Below, piece by piece: positions 1 through 12,998 of a stretch of 64,000 nucleotides of DNA (its first letter is position 1; the number at the start of each line of letters is the position of its first letter). The notes beneath the pieces are model-generated. The model was not told the DNA's origin and did no database searches. It worked only from the letters and a program-made list of their open reading frames with translations. Source of the stretch: Octopus vulgaris (Eukaryota); assembly GCA_951406725.2 (NCBI GenBank), contig OX597828.1, forward strand, positions 41,664,001 through 41,728,000. Direction: 5' to 3'. Position numbers and translations under genes: made by a program.

Positions 1-32
1 CAAGCTACTTACAACACAGCCCCTCCTACGCC
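1..32 (-). mobile_element. SINE family A, 5' end (cut by window edge)
   Basis: Reverse complement of the family A head (ggcgtaggagGggctgtgt..taagtagcttg). Confidence 0.75.
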
Positions 33-67
33 TATATACAAATTATAAAAATAAAAAAATATATATA

Positions 68-157
68 TAGAACAGTACTGTTTCTACTTCGCGGATTTTC
101 ACCTATCAAGGGGGATTTGGGAACGTAACATCCGCGATAGTCACGGGATTTAGTGTG
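68..157 (-). mobile_element. Partial copy of the pogo/Tigger-like MITE seen at 11511-11755
   Basis: Reverse complement shares actatcgcgg.tgttacgt.cc and gtagaaacagtact with the 11511 element. Confidence 0.6.
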
Positions 158-248
158 ATCGATTAGTCTTCCCGCCCAAAATTTCAGCCCTTGTGAAAGA
201 GCAATTAGATTGCTGTGATATTGAAATCCGTTTATAAATAGTGGTCAT

Positions 249-414
249 AGGCGCAGGAGTGGCTGTGTGGTAAGTAGCTTGCTAACCAACCACATGGTTC
301 CGGGTTCAGTCCCACTGCGTGGCATCTTGGGCGAGTGTCTTCTGCTATAGCCCCGGGCCGACCAATGCCTTGTGAGTGGATTTGGTAGACGGAAACTGAA
401 AGAAGCCTGTCGTA

Positions 415-459
<45 letters not shown>

Positions 460-688
460 GTGTGTGTGTTTGTGTGTCTGTGTTTGTCCCCCTAGCATTG
501 CTTGACAACCGATGCTGGTGTGTTTACGTCCCCGTCACTTAGCGGTTCGGCAAAAGAGACCGATAGAATAAGTACTGGACTTACAAAAAGAATAAGTCCC
601 GGGGTCGATTTGCTCGATCGACTAAAGGCGGTGCTCCAGCATGGCCGCAGTCAAATGACTGAAACAAGTAAAAGAGTAAAAGAGTAAA
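249..688 (+). mobile_element. tRNA-derived SINE family A, full length
   Basis: Pol III A box (tggctgtgtggt) and B box (ggttcagtccc), internal (TA)/(TG) tract, tail ggtgctccagcatggccgcagtcaaatgactgaaacaagtaaaagag; more than 15 related copies in the window. Confidence 0.92.
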
Positions 689-769
689 GGGTTTAAGAGA
701 TAGATCTAGTTGCGTGGTGTTCATCGCATTAAGAGTGGTATGTAGTCGTAGCAATAGCAGTTGTAGTAA

Positions 770-1335
<566 letters not shown>

Positions 1336-1524
1336 GCAAGGGCGGTGATTGGAAAAAAAAAACTCGTTTTGTTTTCCTGTTTAATAGAACTGACAGTTTA
1401 CAGTTTCTAAACGAATATGCAAGAAGGTGTTGTTAATGTTAAAGACATATGTTTAATTGGATTCTTCAACACACATAGACATCATAAGCCTACACTATGC
1501 ACAGTAATGTCTATATATGCACAC

Positions 1525-1577
<53 letters not shown>

Positions 1578-1738
1578 TATGTGTGTGAATTATGATGAAT
1601 AAAAAACAACTATAAATGTGTAGGCTACCATTTGTTTTATGTGTAAAAAAAGGGCCTTCCTGGGGTCTCAGAACCGCTAGGAATCTAGCCTCACTTGCAT
1701 GCATACATACATGCATGTATGCATACATATATACGCAC

Positions 1739-1789
<51 letters not shown>

Positions 1790-1827
1790 AATACACATAT
1801 ATATGTATATATGCATACAGGCATACA

Positions 1828-1875
<48 letters not shown>

Positions 1876-1880
1876 CATAC

Positions 1881-1913
<33 letters not shown>

Positions 1914-2238
1914 CGCAGATGCGCTGTGTAGACGTTTGCGCAACTGTGCGGAGAGATACATTACAGACATTGATACGTTCTTTTTTTCATCCAGAAGGCG
2001 GGAACTAATGTCAGTTGGTGCAGAAGATGATTGTTGCATACAGGGGGTGGTCTGAGTCATATAGACTGATGAGCCGGTACATACATACACATGCAAGCAC
2101 ACACACACACACGCACGCACGCACACATGCGCACATGAATGCACACATATGTACGTACGTATTTTTCAGTTTGTGTGTGTATATAAATATATATATATAT
2201 ATACATACATGCATGCACATAATGTATGATTATACACA

Positions 2239-2297
<59 letters not shown>

Positions 2298-2427
2298 TAT
2301 ATTGAGAGAAGGGGAGAGAGTGAGAGAGATAGACAGATAGGTAGATAGATATACATACATATACATACTTGTATTATATATAAACATATATACACATACA
2401 TACATATAACGAGTTGTATACACACAT

Positions 2428-2640
2428 GAAGGCGCGTAGCTTAGTGGTTAGGGCAATTCGTCTCACGATTGGAAGGTCGTGAGTTCAATTCCCGGCGACG
2501 CGTTGTGTCCTTGAGCAAGACACTATATTGCACGTTGCTCCCGTTCACTCAGCTGGCAAAACTGAGTAGCACCTGTATATCAAAGGGCCAGCCTTGTCAC
2601 ACTCTGTGTCACGCTGAATCTCCCTGAGAACTATGTTTAA
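2428..2640 (+). mobile_element. tRNA-derived SINE with CORE-like block, related to family B
   Basis: A box tagcttagtggtt, B box gagttcaattccc, gtgtccttgagcaagacac block; 3' part (caaagggccagccttgtcacactctgtgtcacgctgaat) shared with family B. Confidence 0.8.
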
Positions 2641-2659
2641 GAAGAGGAGGGGGAACTAC

Positions 2660-4056
2660 AATCTGGGAAGTTCCGGGGAAAGGGAAAAACTTAATGGAAA
2701 GTTCTGAGAAGGGGGAAAATGCAGGAAGGACTCCTGGAATGTTCCCAGGAGGAGAAAGGAGAAGAGGAGGAGGAAGGATTTCTTGGAAGATTTCGAGGAG
2801 GGGAAATGACTTCTTGAAAGTTCCGAGGAGGGGAATGGGGGCAGGGGAAGGTCTTCATGGAAAGATTCGAAGAGGGGAACCGACGAGTGGAAGGTTTTGT
2901 TGGAAAGTTCTGAGGTTAGTGAAGGACTTCTTAGAAAGTTCCGATGTGGAGGAAGGACTTGCTGGAAAGTTCCGAGGAGGGGCAAGGAGGAACGAACGAG
3001 AAGATTTTTCTCGAAATTTCCGAGGAGCCGGAAGGTCTTCCTGAAAATTTCCGAGGATGGGGAAGGATTTCCTGGAAAGTTCAGGGTAGGAAAAAGGAGA
3101 CGAGGTGAAGGACTTCATGAACAGTTTCGAGGAGGAGGAAGGACTCCTGGAAAATTCCGAGAAGGGGAAGGGGGGAAGGAATTTCTGGAAATTTCCATAG
3201 AGGGGAAATGGGAGGAAAGGGAGGAGATGAATGACTTCCTGGAATGTTCCGAGGAGGCGGAGAAGAGGAGGAAGGAATTTCTAGAAGGTTCCGAGGAGGT
3301 AAGGCGAGAAGAGGTGGAGGCAGGATTTTCTGGAAAGTTCCGAGGACTGGGTATGGGAGGAGAGGGAAGGTCTTCTTGGATAGATTCCAAGAGGAGAACG
3401 GGGGGAAGCGGATTGACTTCCTGGGAAGTACTGGGGGGGGTAAGGATTACCTGGAATATTCCGAGGATTGGGGAGGAGTGGAGGGGAAAGACTTCTTGAA
3501 AAATTCCGAGGTGGGGGAATTGGCAGAAGGGGAGAAGGTGGTAGGTGAATGATTTCCTTGAAAGTTCCGAGGAGGGGGTGAGGAAGGGGGAAGGGAAGGT
3601 ATTCCGGGAAAGTTCCGAAGGGTGGGAAGGGATGAGTGGAAGGTCTTCCTGGAATGTTCCGAGTAGGAAAAGGAATTCCTGGAAATATTCGAAGAGGGGA
3701 GGAGGGGAAAGTCTTCCTCAAAAGTTCCGGGGAGCGTGAATAGGTGGAAGGGAGGTCTTCCCGGACAGTTTCGAGGATGGGTAAGATAGGAAGGGGAGTA
3801 GTGGTGGGTCTCCCTAGAAAGTTCCGATGTGGTGGAAAGACTTCCTGGAAAGTGTCGAGGAGGTGGGAAAGAAAGGAAGGGGGGACAGTAATTTCCGAGG
3901 ATGAGGAATGGGAGGAGTGGAAGGTCTTCCTGGAAATTACTGAGTAGGCGGAAGGGAGGAAGGGTAGAAAGGGAAGGACTTCCTGGAAAATTCCGAGAAA
4001 GGGTAAGGATTTCTTGGAAAATTCCGAGGAGGGCGAAGGACTTTCTGGAAAGTAAC
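2660..4056 (+). repeat. Degenerate array of about 35 copies of a ~29-bp motif (GAAGGACTTCCTGGAAAGTTCCGAGGAGG) with variable purine-rich spacers
   Basis: Motif read at e.g. 2921, 2953, 3031, 3062, 3271, 3639, 3835, 3973. Confidence 0.9.
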
Positions 4057-4074
4057 TATGCATAGAAGAACTGC

Positions 4075-4525
4075 AGATGTCTTAATAGTTCAGCTTATGT
4101 TTTCTCTTTTTCACTGATCTTCAGCTTGATGTTAACATCCGTTGGACGTCTAATTTCCACAACTGTACACTGTTTCTCGTCTCTATCCGAAATCATTATA
4201 TCAGGTCTGTTTTGCTTCCATTTTATTGGGGTCTTGACTGGAACATTCCACCTGTAATCCATTTTATTATGAGTGGCTGTAGCTTCGACCATACTTTGGG
4301 TTCTTATTTCTTTCTCCTCGAAATTATCTTTCCCGCGGCTGTTATAGAGTATCCTAGCTACAGCATCAGGTCTCATCGGTAGATAAAACCATGATGATAT
4401 TTTCGGACAACTGCTTATATGATGGTGGTATCTTCCACAAAAAATCAACTCCACATCGGTTGTCATATTTTACTTCTTTTTCTGCATCTCTATCCCTTTT
4501 GTGCATCAGGTACTTGGTTGATATT
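4075..4525 (-). pseudogene. Non-LTR retrotransposon fragment: zinc knuckle and restriction-like endonuclease (R4/Dong-like)
   Basis: HISSCPK...MRPDAVA...WNVPVKT...NRPDIMI...CTVVEI..PTDVNI..KEK, the RLE PD-(D/E)xK region; frameshifted. Confidence 0.8.
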
Positions 4526-4596
4526 TCCTTTTATGTATGCATGCATGTATGCATGTATGTATGTATGTATGTATGTATGTATGTATGTATATTCAT

Positions 4597-5142
4597 GTCA
4601 TAAGTTTATCTTAATCTTTTTGATGCAACTCTCTACCAACACTGTTTTCATCCCTATTGTTTTCTCTCATCCTTTCTCTAATTCCTTTTTTCCCCTTCCC
4701 AGTTGTCTATCTGTCTCTCTCTCTCCCCCTCTTTCTCCTTTACTCTCTCTCTCTCGTTGCTCACAAGTGACCATCGTATATCTTTCTTTTCCTTACGTGA
4801 TCATCTTTCTTTTCTTTCAGGGCTGTCCTAAAGACTGGACTATCCTGTCTCTCTCTTCTAGCTTTTCTCTTGTCAAAGAAAATATTTCTCCAATTTTCGC
4901 TATTTTACCCTCCATAAATTCCAAATATTATTTTGGCATGTATGGGAGCAACTGTCTTCGAAGACTCATATTGTTGTTCAATGATCGAAATGTGGAGTAG
5001 ATAGACAGCCAACAACTGATGAAGGATTGTTCTTTGTGTTACTTGTCCTGCTTTCCATTTGTTTCTCCGTTGTTTGCATATTGGACTCATTTTGTTTTCG
5101 TATTTCCTGTTGTTTATGATGATGATGTCCTGTACCCATATA
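4597..5142 (+). mobile_element. Penelope-like terminal repeat, family X
   Basis: Homologous to 9495-10190(-), 10718-10901(-) and 26370-26707(+); CT-rich segment, ribozyme-like block, ends tcctgtaccca followed by a microsatellite. Confidence 0.65.
4965..5029 (+). ncRNA. Candidate non-circularly permuted hammerhead ribozyme (family X)
   Basis: ctcaT-A | ttgttg ... GAA-Atgtg ... caacaa-CTGATGA; stem I 6/6, stem III 4/5, stem II weak. Confidence 0.55.
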
Positions 5143-5208
5143 TATAAAAAAGAATATTCAGTTAAAATGTACATACGTGAGTGTGTGCGTATATATGTAT
5201 ATGTGTGT

Positions 5209-5577
5209 AGGCGCAATGGCCCAGTGGTTAGGATAGCGGACCCGCTGTCGTAGAATCGTGGTTTCGATTCCCAGACCAGGCGTTTTGAGTGTGTATTGAG
5301 CGAAAACACCTATAGTTCCACGAAGCTCCGGCAGGGGGTGGCGAACACTGCTGTACTCTTTCACCATAACATATACTCTTTCTTCCTGTTTCTGTTGTAC
5401 CTGTGTTTCAAAGGGCCAGTCTTGTCACACTCTGTGTCACGCTGACTCCCCGAGAACTCCATTAAGAGTATACATGAATGTGGAGTGCTCAGCCACTTGC
5501 ACGTTAGTTTCACGAGCAGGCTGTTCCGTTGAGCGGATCAACTGGAACCCTCGTCGTCGCAACCGACGGAGTGCCAC
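5209..5577 (+). mobile_element. tRNA-derived SINE family B
   Basis: ggcgcaatggcccagtggttagg head, B box gtttcgattccc, tail accctcgtcgtcgcaaccgacggagtgc; matches 15957, 43653 and 58117. Confidence 0.9.
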
Positions 5578-5621
5578 GATATTTATATGTATGTATTTCT
5601 GCATGTATGCACGTATGTATG

Positions 5622-5820
5622 TTAGTTAGTTAGTTAGTTAGTTAATTTTTTGGCTCAAAAAGCAAAAAGCAAGGCCATGTAGGGGGACAAGGAGTTATGT
5701 ACAGGGTGGTGTTCATGTAAAGAGTTCAGGCCACTTGAGGTCAAGGGAGACTTTGAACCGAGCGGTCGTCGGCATCTTCACCATCTCGTCCGGCAGCTTA
5801 TTCCACGGATCCACAACCGG
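5622..5820 (-). mobile_element. CR1/L2-type LINE 3' end
   Basis: VVDPWNKLPDEMVKMPTTARFKVSLD motif (W-N-x-L-P...F-K) followed by a short UTR and a (TAAC)n tail. Confidence 0.75.
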
Positions 5821-6201
5821 ATGTATGTGTGTATGTGCGTATGTGAGTGTGTGCCTCACTCCACCGCATGTTTGTATGTGGATATTTGAATAAGCAACTA
5901 TGAACATGTGACGTAATGTGCATACCATTGTATTGTACAAGGCGAGTACGTTTGTACCTATTCTTTGTACCTATCTTCGTGCGTGTGCCACTGTGTGTAT
6001 GTGTGTGTAAGTGTGTATTTATGCGTGCGTGTGTGTATATATATTGCGTGTGCTTGCGTGTATAATGTGGCTGCAAAAGGTTAGGGTTAGGGTTAGTTGC
6101 TTGCTTGCGACTGCAGTCGGTGCTGCCAGTCGTGCCAAACATCAAAACTGAGGTTTTAACCAAAGAAAACAGCAACACCAACAGTGTGTGTGCGTGTGTA
6201 T

Positions 6202-6259
<58 letters not shown>

Positions 6260-6414
6260 ATATATATACATGTGCGTGTGTGTATGTACGTGTGCGTGTG
6301 TAATTATGTGTGTTGTAATGGTGGGGTGACGGTGAGGCAGCGCGTTAGCAGTTGACTCCACCCTGAATCTACCCCTATTCTCCCTTCTCCCCTATGTCTC
6401 TCTTCCTCTCTCTT

Positions 6415-6445
<31 letters not shown>

Positions 6446-6506
6446 CTTCTCTCTTTCACATACATACTGTGTTCTTTGCTTGGCTGCCTGCCTAGATGAA
6501 GCCCAA

Positions 6507-6522
6507 CAGCGCCACCTGCTGA
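6507..6522 (-). promoter_or_regulatory. CTCF-like motif
   Basis: Minus strand tcagcaggtggcgctg is one mismatch from CCASYAGRKGGCRS; lies in a ~150-bp non-repetitive island. Confidence 0.4.
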
Positions 6523-6822
6523 ATAACTCTGCTAAAGGTCATGACCTCCTTTTGCTTAACCTCTCCCCCATCTAACATATGCATCCCTTCTTTCAGGCTG
6601 AGTAGGGGTAGGGGTTCCTTAGGGCCCCCACTATGTTTTGTGTATGTGTGTCTGTGTGCGTGCGTATGTGTGTGCATGCATGCGTGTGTGTTTGTGTATG
6701 TATACGTATGAGTATATGTACGCGTATGAATCTGTATGTGTGTGTGCGTGACTGTATGATTGTATGTGTGTACGTGTCACCATTGTTTTGTGTTTCTAAA
6801 CATGCATGTGTGGATGTATGGA

Positions 6823-6874
<52 letters not shown>

Positions 6875-7856
6875 TGTGTGTGTGTGTCAGAATGTTGTGC
6901 ACCTATATATATATGTGAATCTATGTGTACATGCATACATACACACATACATACATAGATACACACATACATACACACATACATACATACACCTCATACG
7001 GATCTTTTCTAAAAGATGGACAGAATTTTCTACTTAACTAAATAATTTGAAATTTCGTATGCTGGTAGAATGTGTCAAAAGAAAACATTAATTTCAGTGT
7101 AGGGATTTGATAGTTGCCTGTTGAAGAGTTACGGCTACTGTTTGCTCTTCTTAGGATCCATCGTGGTCATTTTATAAAATTGCGACTTTAGAAATAATTA
7201 TAAGCCTGACAGGCATGGCTGTGTGGTTATTGAGCTCTCTTTGTAAATGTGGTTTCAGGTTCGGTCACAGAGTGCTATAACCTTCGGCTGACAAAGTCTT
7301 TGGTATTGAATTTGATTAATCAAAAGAGTGTGTATGTCCGTCGAAATGTGTATGTGTGTCTCTTTGTGCGTTGTCTGGCAACAAGTGTTGGTTTGTTGAC
7401 GCCCATGTTCAGCAAAGGAAACAGCTAAAATTATTTCCAGCCTTCAAGAAAATAAAAATCTTCCAGACGGTGCTCCACCATGACCGCAGTCGAATGAGTG
7501 AAACATGTAAAAGATAAAAGATTAAAAAAAATTATTTTCAATTATTTCAGCCCTTTCCTTAAAGGTACGGGAAATGCTCCGGTTGGTCCTCCCCGTCCAC
7601 ATAGGGTGACCCCCTACCTAAAAGAAAACAGTAACCAAATAATTTCAAACTACAGAGATGAAGCAATAGTCATCTAGAGTCGACCGAAATTATTAAATGC
7701 TGACGTCATGATCACCACTACCACCACCACAACCACTACCTACATCACTAAATGCAGTCGCCGCTGCCACCACCACCGCCGCCACCACGACCATCATCAT
7801 TATCATCCAAATCATCATCGTCATCATCACCTCATCATCATCTCATCATCATCATC

Positions 7857-7924
<68 letters not shown>

Positions 7925-8529
7925 GGCATGGTCGTCATAAAAAATCTCAATTTGTAGCAAGACATTTTTACAAGAGTAATCCCCCCCCATCCGCCCCCCA
8001 TCCCCCCCCCCCCCATAAAAGCCAAAGCCATGCAAAAAAGATACTTTCGAAATTTTTCTCTTTTCTATTCTGCATTTCTTTCAATTCTTTGGCACTTAAC
8101 GGATTACTTTACGATGAAAGAGGCTGAGATAAAAAGTAAATGCACACACACAGAGAGAATTTCACACACAAACACGCATATATATACATATATATATATA
8201 TATATACGCATATATGCACATAAGTAGATAAATATTAAACTACATATAAAAATATGTATACGTATGTTGCTTGTATTTTTACTTTTCAATTTTCCATTTG
8301 CATTTAGAAAAAAAAAACCGAGTTTGTTATTAAGTTATTATACTATTGGATAATTTTCTCTCTTTACACCGTTTCTAAGATAAAACCCAACTTCAGTGAT
8401 AACAGCATTATTTATATACGTTTAAGAATTTACAACCCAGATTCATATATCTAGGTTTTCTCTGTAATTCTATGGACAAAAAAGAAACGATATAAAAAAT
8501 GAAAAATGAAAAATGAAAAAAGAGAGATA

Positions 8530-8690
8530 TAGGCACGGACGTGGCTGCGTGATAAAAAGTTTGCTTCCGAATATCATTGTTCCGGGTTCAGTCCTCCTGC
8601 ATGGCACCTTAGGCAAAGTTCTTCTGCTATCCCCGTGAGCCGACCAAAAGACTTGTGAGTAGATTTCGTAGACGGAAAGTGAAAGAAACT
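8530..8690 (+). mobile_element. Diverged SINE family A 5' half
   Basis: gtggctgcgtgataa...ttccgggttcagtcc...gtagacggaaagtgaaagaa. Confidence 0.75.
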
Positions 8691-8698
8691 CCATTTCT

Positions 8699-8735
8699 AG
8701 TTTCCGATGAAGACCTATGCTCGAAACGTCTAACT
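8699..8735 (+). ncRNA. Decayed minimal type I hammerhead-like motif in a PLE terminal fragment
   Basis: agttt-CCGATGA-agacctatgctc-GAAAcgTC-taact; U4-to-C change in the core. Confidence 0.4.
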
Positions 8736-9022
8736 TTCTCTTTTCATCGAGCACCAAGCTTTTCTTTTAGACATGTTGCTGTCCGTTAATTTTACTCATT
8801 TATTTAAATACACTCTTTATTTGAATAGAATATATACATATATAATATATACATTGATCAATTACCCAGATGCCTATACGCAGCTAACCACACATTCACA
8901 TATTACAATTCCGCCCATACATAACTTGACGTATATATGGCGCACACAACTCTTAATACACATGAATTTGAGGAACTATATTTGAATAACTTGTATTTGA
9001 CATATGAACTTGCTATCTAGAT

Positions 9023-9104
<82 letters not shown>

Positions 9105-9207
9105 ATGTGTGTGTGTGAGTATACATATATATATATATATAATACAAATAAAATATATATATAGGTATTTATACATAGATATATGTACATACTAACATAT
9201 ATGTGTA

Positions 9208-9264
<57 letters not shown>

Positions 9265-9266
<2 letters not shown>

Positions 9267-9475
9267 CGGGAAGGTTTACGAAAATAAACAAAAGACGTAG
9301 GCAGGTGGAGTACAAAGAAACATTTGTATTAGTATGGCGCTCAGGAATATAAATAAAACAAGTCTTTTACGTTTCGAGCCTACGCTCTTCAACAGACAGA
9401 TACACAGAAAAGAAACAAGGAGAGAAACAAGGAGAGTAAAAAATACGTGTAGGAGCTAACGGTCCATCATGGCGT
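9265..9475 (-). mobile_element. Penelope-like terminal repeat, family Z (same as 56130-56356), with minimal hammerhead at 9364-9399
   Basis: Minus strand ctgt-CTGTTGA-a-gagc-gtag-gctc-GAAAcgTA-aaag; terminates in (TA)n. Confidence 0.75.
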
Positions 9476-9494
9476 TATATATTTGTGTGTGCAT

Positions 9495-10190
9495 ATATGG
9501 CTACAGGACGTCACAAAACGTAAACAACATGAAATACGAAGAAAAAATATTTTTGCGAACAACGAGAGAAACAAATGGAAAACAAAATAAGTAATATGAA
9601 GAACGACCCTTCATCAGTTGTCGGCTGTTTATCTACTCCACATTTCGTGCAATTCAGGAGAATATGTGCCTTCGAGAAAACAGTTGCTCCCGCAAACCAT
9701 AATAAAATTTGGTATTTTGCGGAGGGTCAAATTAGGTAACAAAAACAGGATAGTGAAATAAATAGTGAGGGCTGCTAAACCAGGCGGGGTAAGGTGGCGA
9801 ACGCTGAGAAACATTCTTTGACAGGAGAAAAGATAGGAGAGAATACGTCTGGTCTGTGCAACAGACTGGAAGAAAAGAACGATGTGCACGTGTAGAAAAA
9901 AGTTGGACGATGGTCGCGTGTGAGCAACGAGAAAGTAAAGGAGGAAGAGGGAGAGAGAGAGAAAGAAAGGGAGGGACAGACAGAAAACGGTGGGGGGGGA
10001 GAAAAAAGAATTAAAGAAAGTATGAGAGGGAAAAAACGAAAGGGAGAGAAGGAGAGGAAAATAATTAGAGAAAGGAAGAGAGATAAAAACGAAAGAGAGA
10101 GAGAGAGAGACAACAGTACAGAAGATAGTCGCATCAAAATTATTAAGATAAACTTACTTGGGAATGGATGCGTGGCGTTCAATCATATAA
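9495..10190 (-). mobile_element. Penelope-like 3' region, family X
   Basis: Begins with (M)IERHASIPK*, resembling PLE endonuclease C-termini, then a CT-rich tract, the ribozyme-like block at 9606-9668, and a tcctgtagcca end. Confidence 0.65.
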
Positions 10191-10717
10191 TAATATAAAT
10201 AAAATAATATATATATAAGCATACATATATGTACATACTGACATATATATATATATATATATATATAAGCAATATATATATATATATCTCACCACATACC
10301 GAAGTTCAGAAATAGCAGTCAAAATTTCTGAACTTCTACTAAAGGAGATCTCAGTAAAAAAAAACACACTGTGTTTTTTTTTACTGTAAAGATAGCTATA
10401 ATGTGTAATGTTGCTAAACTTTATTGTGTATTACTTAAATTTTCCTCGAATGAGGCTTTTATGCGAAGACTTGATAATTATTCCAAATTAATTAATTTGA
10501 CCCTTCTACATCACCACATAGTTAGTATTACTAGAATTTACCGTATAACGGTCCTGTTTTCATACCGAATTCTACTTGGTGAAATTTATTGATTACTTCG
10601 TAATTAATTAGTTTTACCCTTAATTGCTATATATATATATATGTGTGTGTGTGTGTTGTGTGTGTGTGTGTGTGTGTGTGTGTGAGTGTGTGTGTGTGTG
10701 CGTGTGTGTGTGTGCAT

Positions 10718-10901
10718 ACATGGGTACAGGACGTCACAAAGCGTAAATAAAATGAAATACGAAAAACAACATGAAATACGAAAACCTTTTTTTGCGAACA
10801 ACGAAAGAAACAAACGGAAAACAAGACAAGTAACATAAAGAACGACCCTTCATCAGTTGTCGGTTATTTTATCTACTCCACATTTCGTGCAATTCACGAC
10901 A
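10718..10901 (-). mobile_element. 5'-truncated family X terminal repeat
   Basis: Near-identical to 9500-9660; homology stops at 10901. Confidence 0.75.
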
Positions 10902-11029
10902 TCTGGTATACAAATTACGTCACTGTAACATCGTACTGCTTACAGTCAAGAAAGCTAAACTACATAATCATTAGTTTTATAAGCTTGATACTCAGAGAAA
11001 TGAAGAGTAGTCATGATATATTGGACACT

Positions 11030-11180
11030 AGGGCGGCGAGCTGGCTGAAACGTTAGCGGTATTTCGTCTGCTGCTACGTTTTGAGTTCGACTTTGCCTTT
11101 CATCATTTCGGGGTCGATAAATTACGTACTGAGGTCGATCTCCCCCAAAATTTCGGGCCTTGTGCCTTGAGTAGAAAAGA
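11030..11180 (+). mobile_element. SINE family C (Nin/Deu-like central domain), internally deleted
   Basis: ggcggcgagctggc head; gactttgccttt..catc.tttcggggtcgataaa. Confidence 0.75.
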
Positions 11181-11249
11181 ATATATTGGACACTGTTTTC
11201 TGCAGAATATACATACATAGAAAGGGAGAGAGAGACATACAAACATACA

Positions 11250-11420
11250 TATATTTCTTTATTACCCACAAGGGGCTAAACATAGAGGAGACAAACAAGG
11301 ACAGACAAAGGGATTAAATCGATTACATCGACCCCAGTGCGTTATTGGTACTTAATTTATCGACCCCGAAAGGATGAAAGGCAAAGTCGACCTCAGCGGA
11401 ATTTGAACTCACAACGTAAC
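11250..11420 (-). mobile_element. SINE family C, 3' part
   Basis: Reverse complement of the 21253 copy. Confidence 0.85.
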
Positions 11421-11449
11421 GGCACATACATAAATACACACACATATAC

Positions 11450-11501
<52 letters not shown>

Positions 11502-11510
11502 GTTTATATA

Positions 11511-11755
11511 CAGTGATCTCTCGACTATCGCGGGTGTTACGTCCCAACCCATCCCCACCGCGATAAGTGAATCTCCACGTAGTAGAAACAGTACTATACT
11601 GTATATTTAAAAAAAAATTATTTTTACAGTTTGTATTATTTTCTTTTTTTATGATAAATGTAAAACAATACCACAGAGGAATCGTCATAAGTTTAAATAA
11701 TGAACCGCGATAGGTGAACCGCGATAGGTGAACCGCGATATGGTGAGGATTACTG
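11511..11755. mobile_element. pogo/Tigger-like MITE
   Basis: Imperfect TIRs CAGTGATCTCTCGACTATCGCGG / CAGTAATCCTCACCATATCGCGG flanked by TA; internal 14-bp triplication gaaccgcgataggt. Confidence 0.75.
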
Positions 11756-11797
11756 TATATATATATGTAAAATATATATATATATATATATATATAC

Positions 11798-11880
<83 letters not shown>

Positions 11881-12137
11881 TGTACACACTCACAGGGTAA
11901 GGCTTTACTGTGTGTGTGTATATATATATATGCATGTATGTATATATGTGTGTATGTATGTATAAATAGTTGAGAAGTAAATACTTTCCCAAATAAAATT
12001 GCACTTCACTTTTGAAACTCTGAAGAAGCTATAGGGTAAATCACAAGCATTCAACTATGAGTGCATCGCATCTTGTAGCAGAAACAACTGTAAGCTATTG
12101 AAGTTCATCACAATTTCTTATTTCATTGTCATTCCTT

Positions 12138-12175
<38 letters not shown>

Positions 12176-12215
12176 CGACATAAAGAGAAACTTGTAGATA
12201 TTTCATTGAATGGGT

Positions 12216-12810
<595 letters not shown>

Positions 12811-12966
12811 GCACAGATAAAATACACAGCCGCAATTTACCAGTCAAACAACCAGTGAAGTATGAAATAGAAGGAAATCTCTCTCACTCTCTCTCTCTCT
12901 CATTATCTATTACTTCCTCCTCCTCAACCACCCTCTCTCCCTCTACCTCTCTCTTTCTACCCCTCT

Positions 12967-12998
<32 letters not shown>

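Noticed and set aside
2660-4056. CRISPR-like repeat/spacer architecture and overlapping 200-260 aa ORFs
   Set aside because: Repeats are degenerate, spacers are low-complexity and of very variable length, there are no cas genes and the context is eukaryotic; the ORFs merely translate the repeat.
5209-5285. tRNA-like sequence (also at 250, 2428, 15957, 43653)
   Set aside because: These are SINE heads continuing into SINE bodies, with TSDs at 15957 and 43653; no complete cloverleaf or T-run terminator.
6079-6096. (TTAGGG) telomere-like repeats
   Set aside because: Only about 3 units; too short to call an interstitial telomere.
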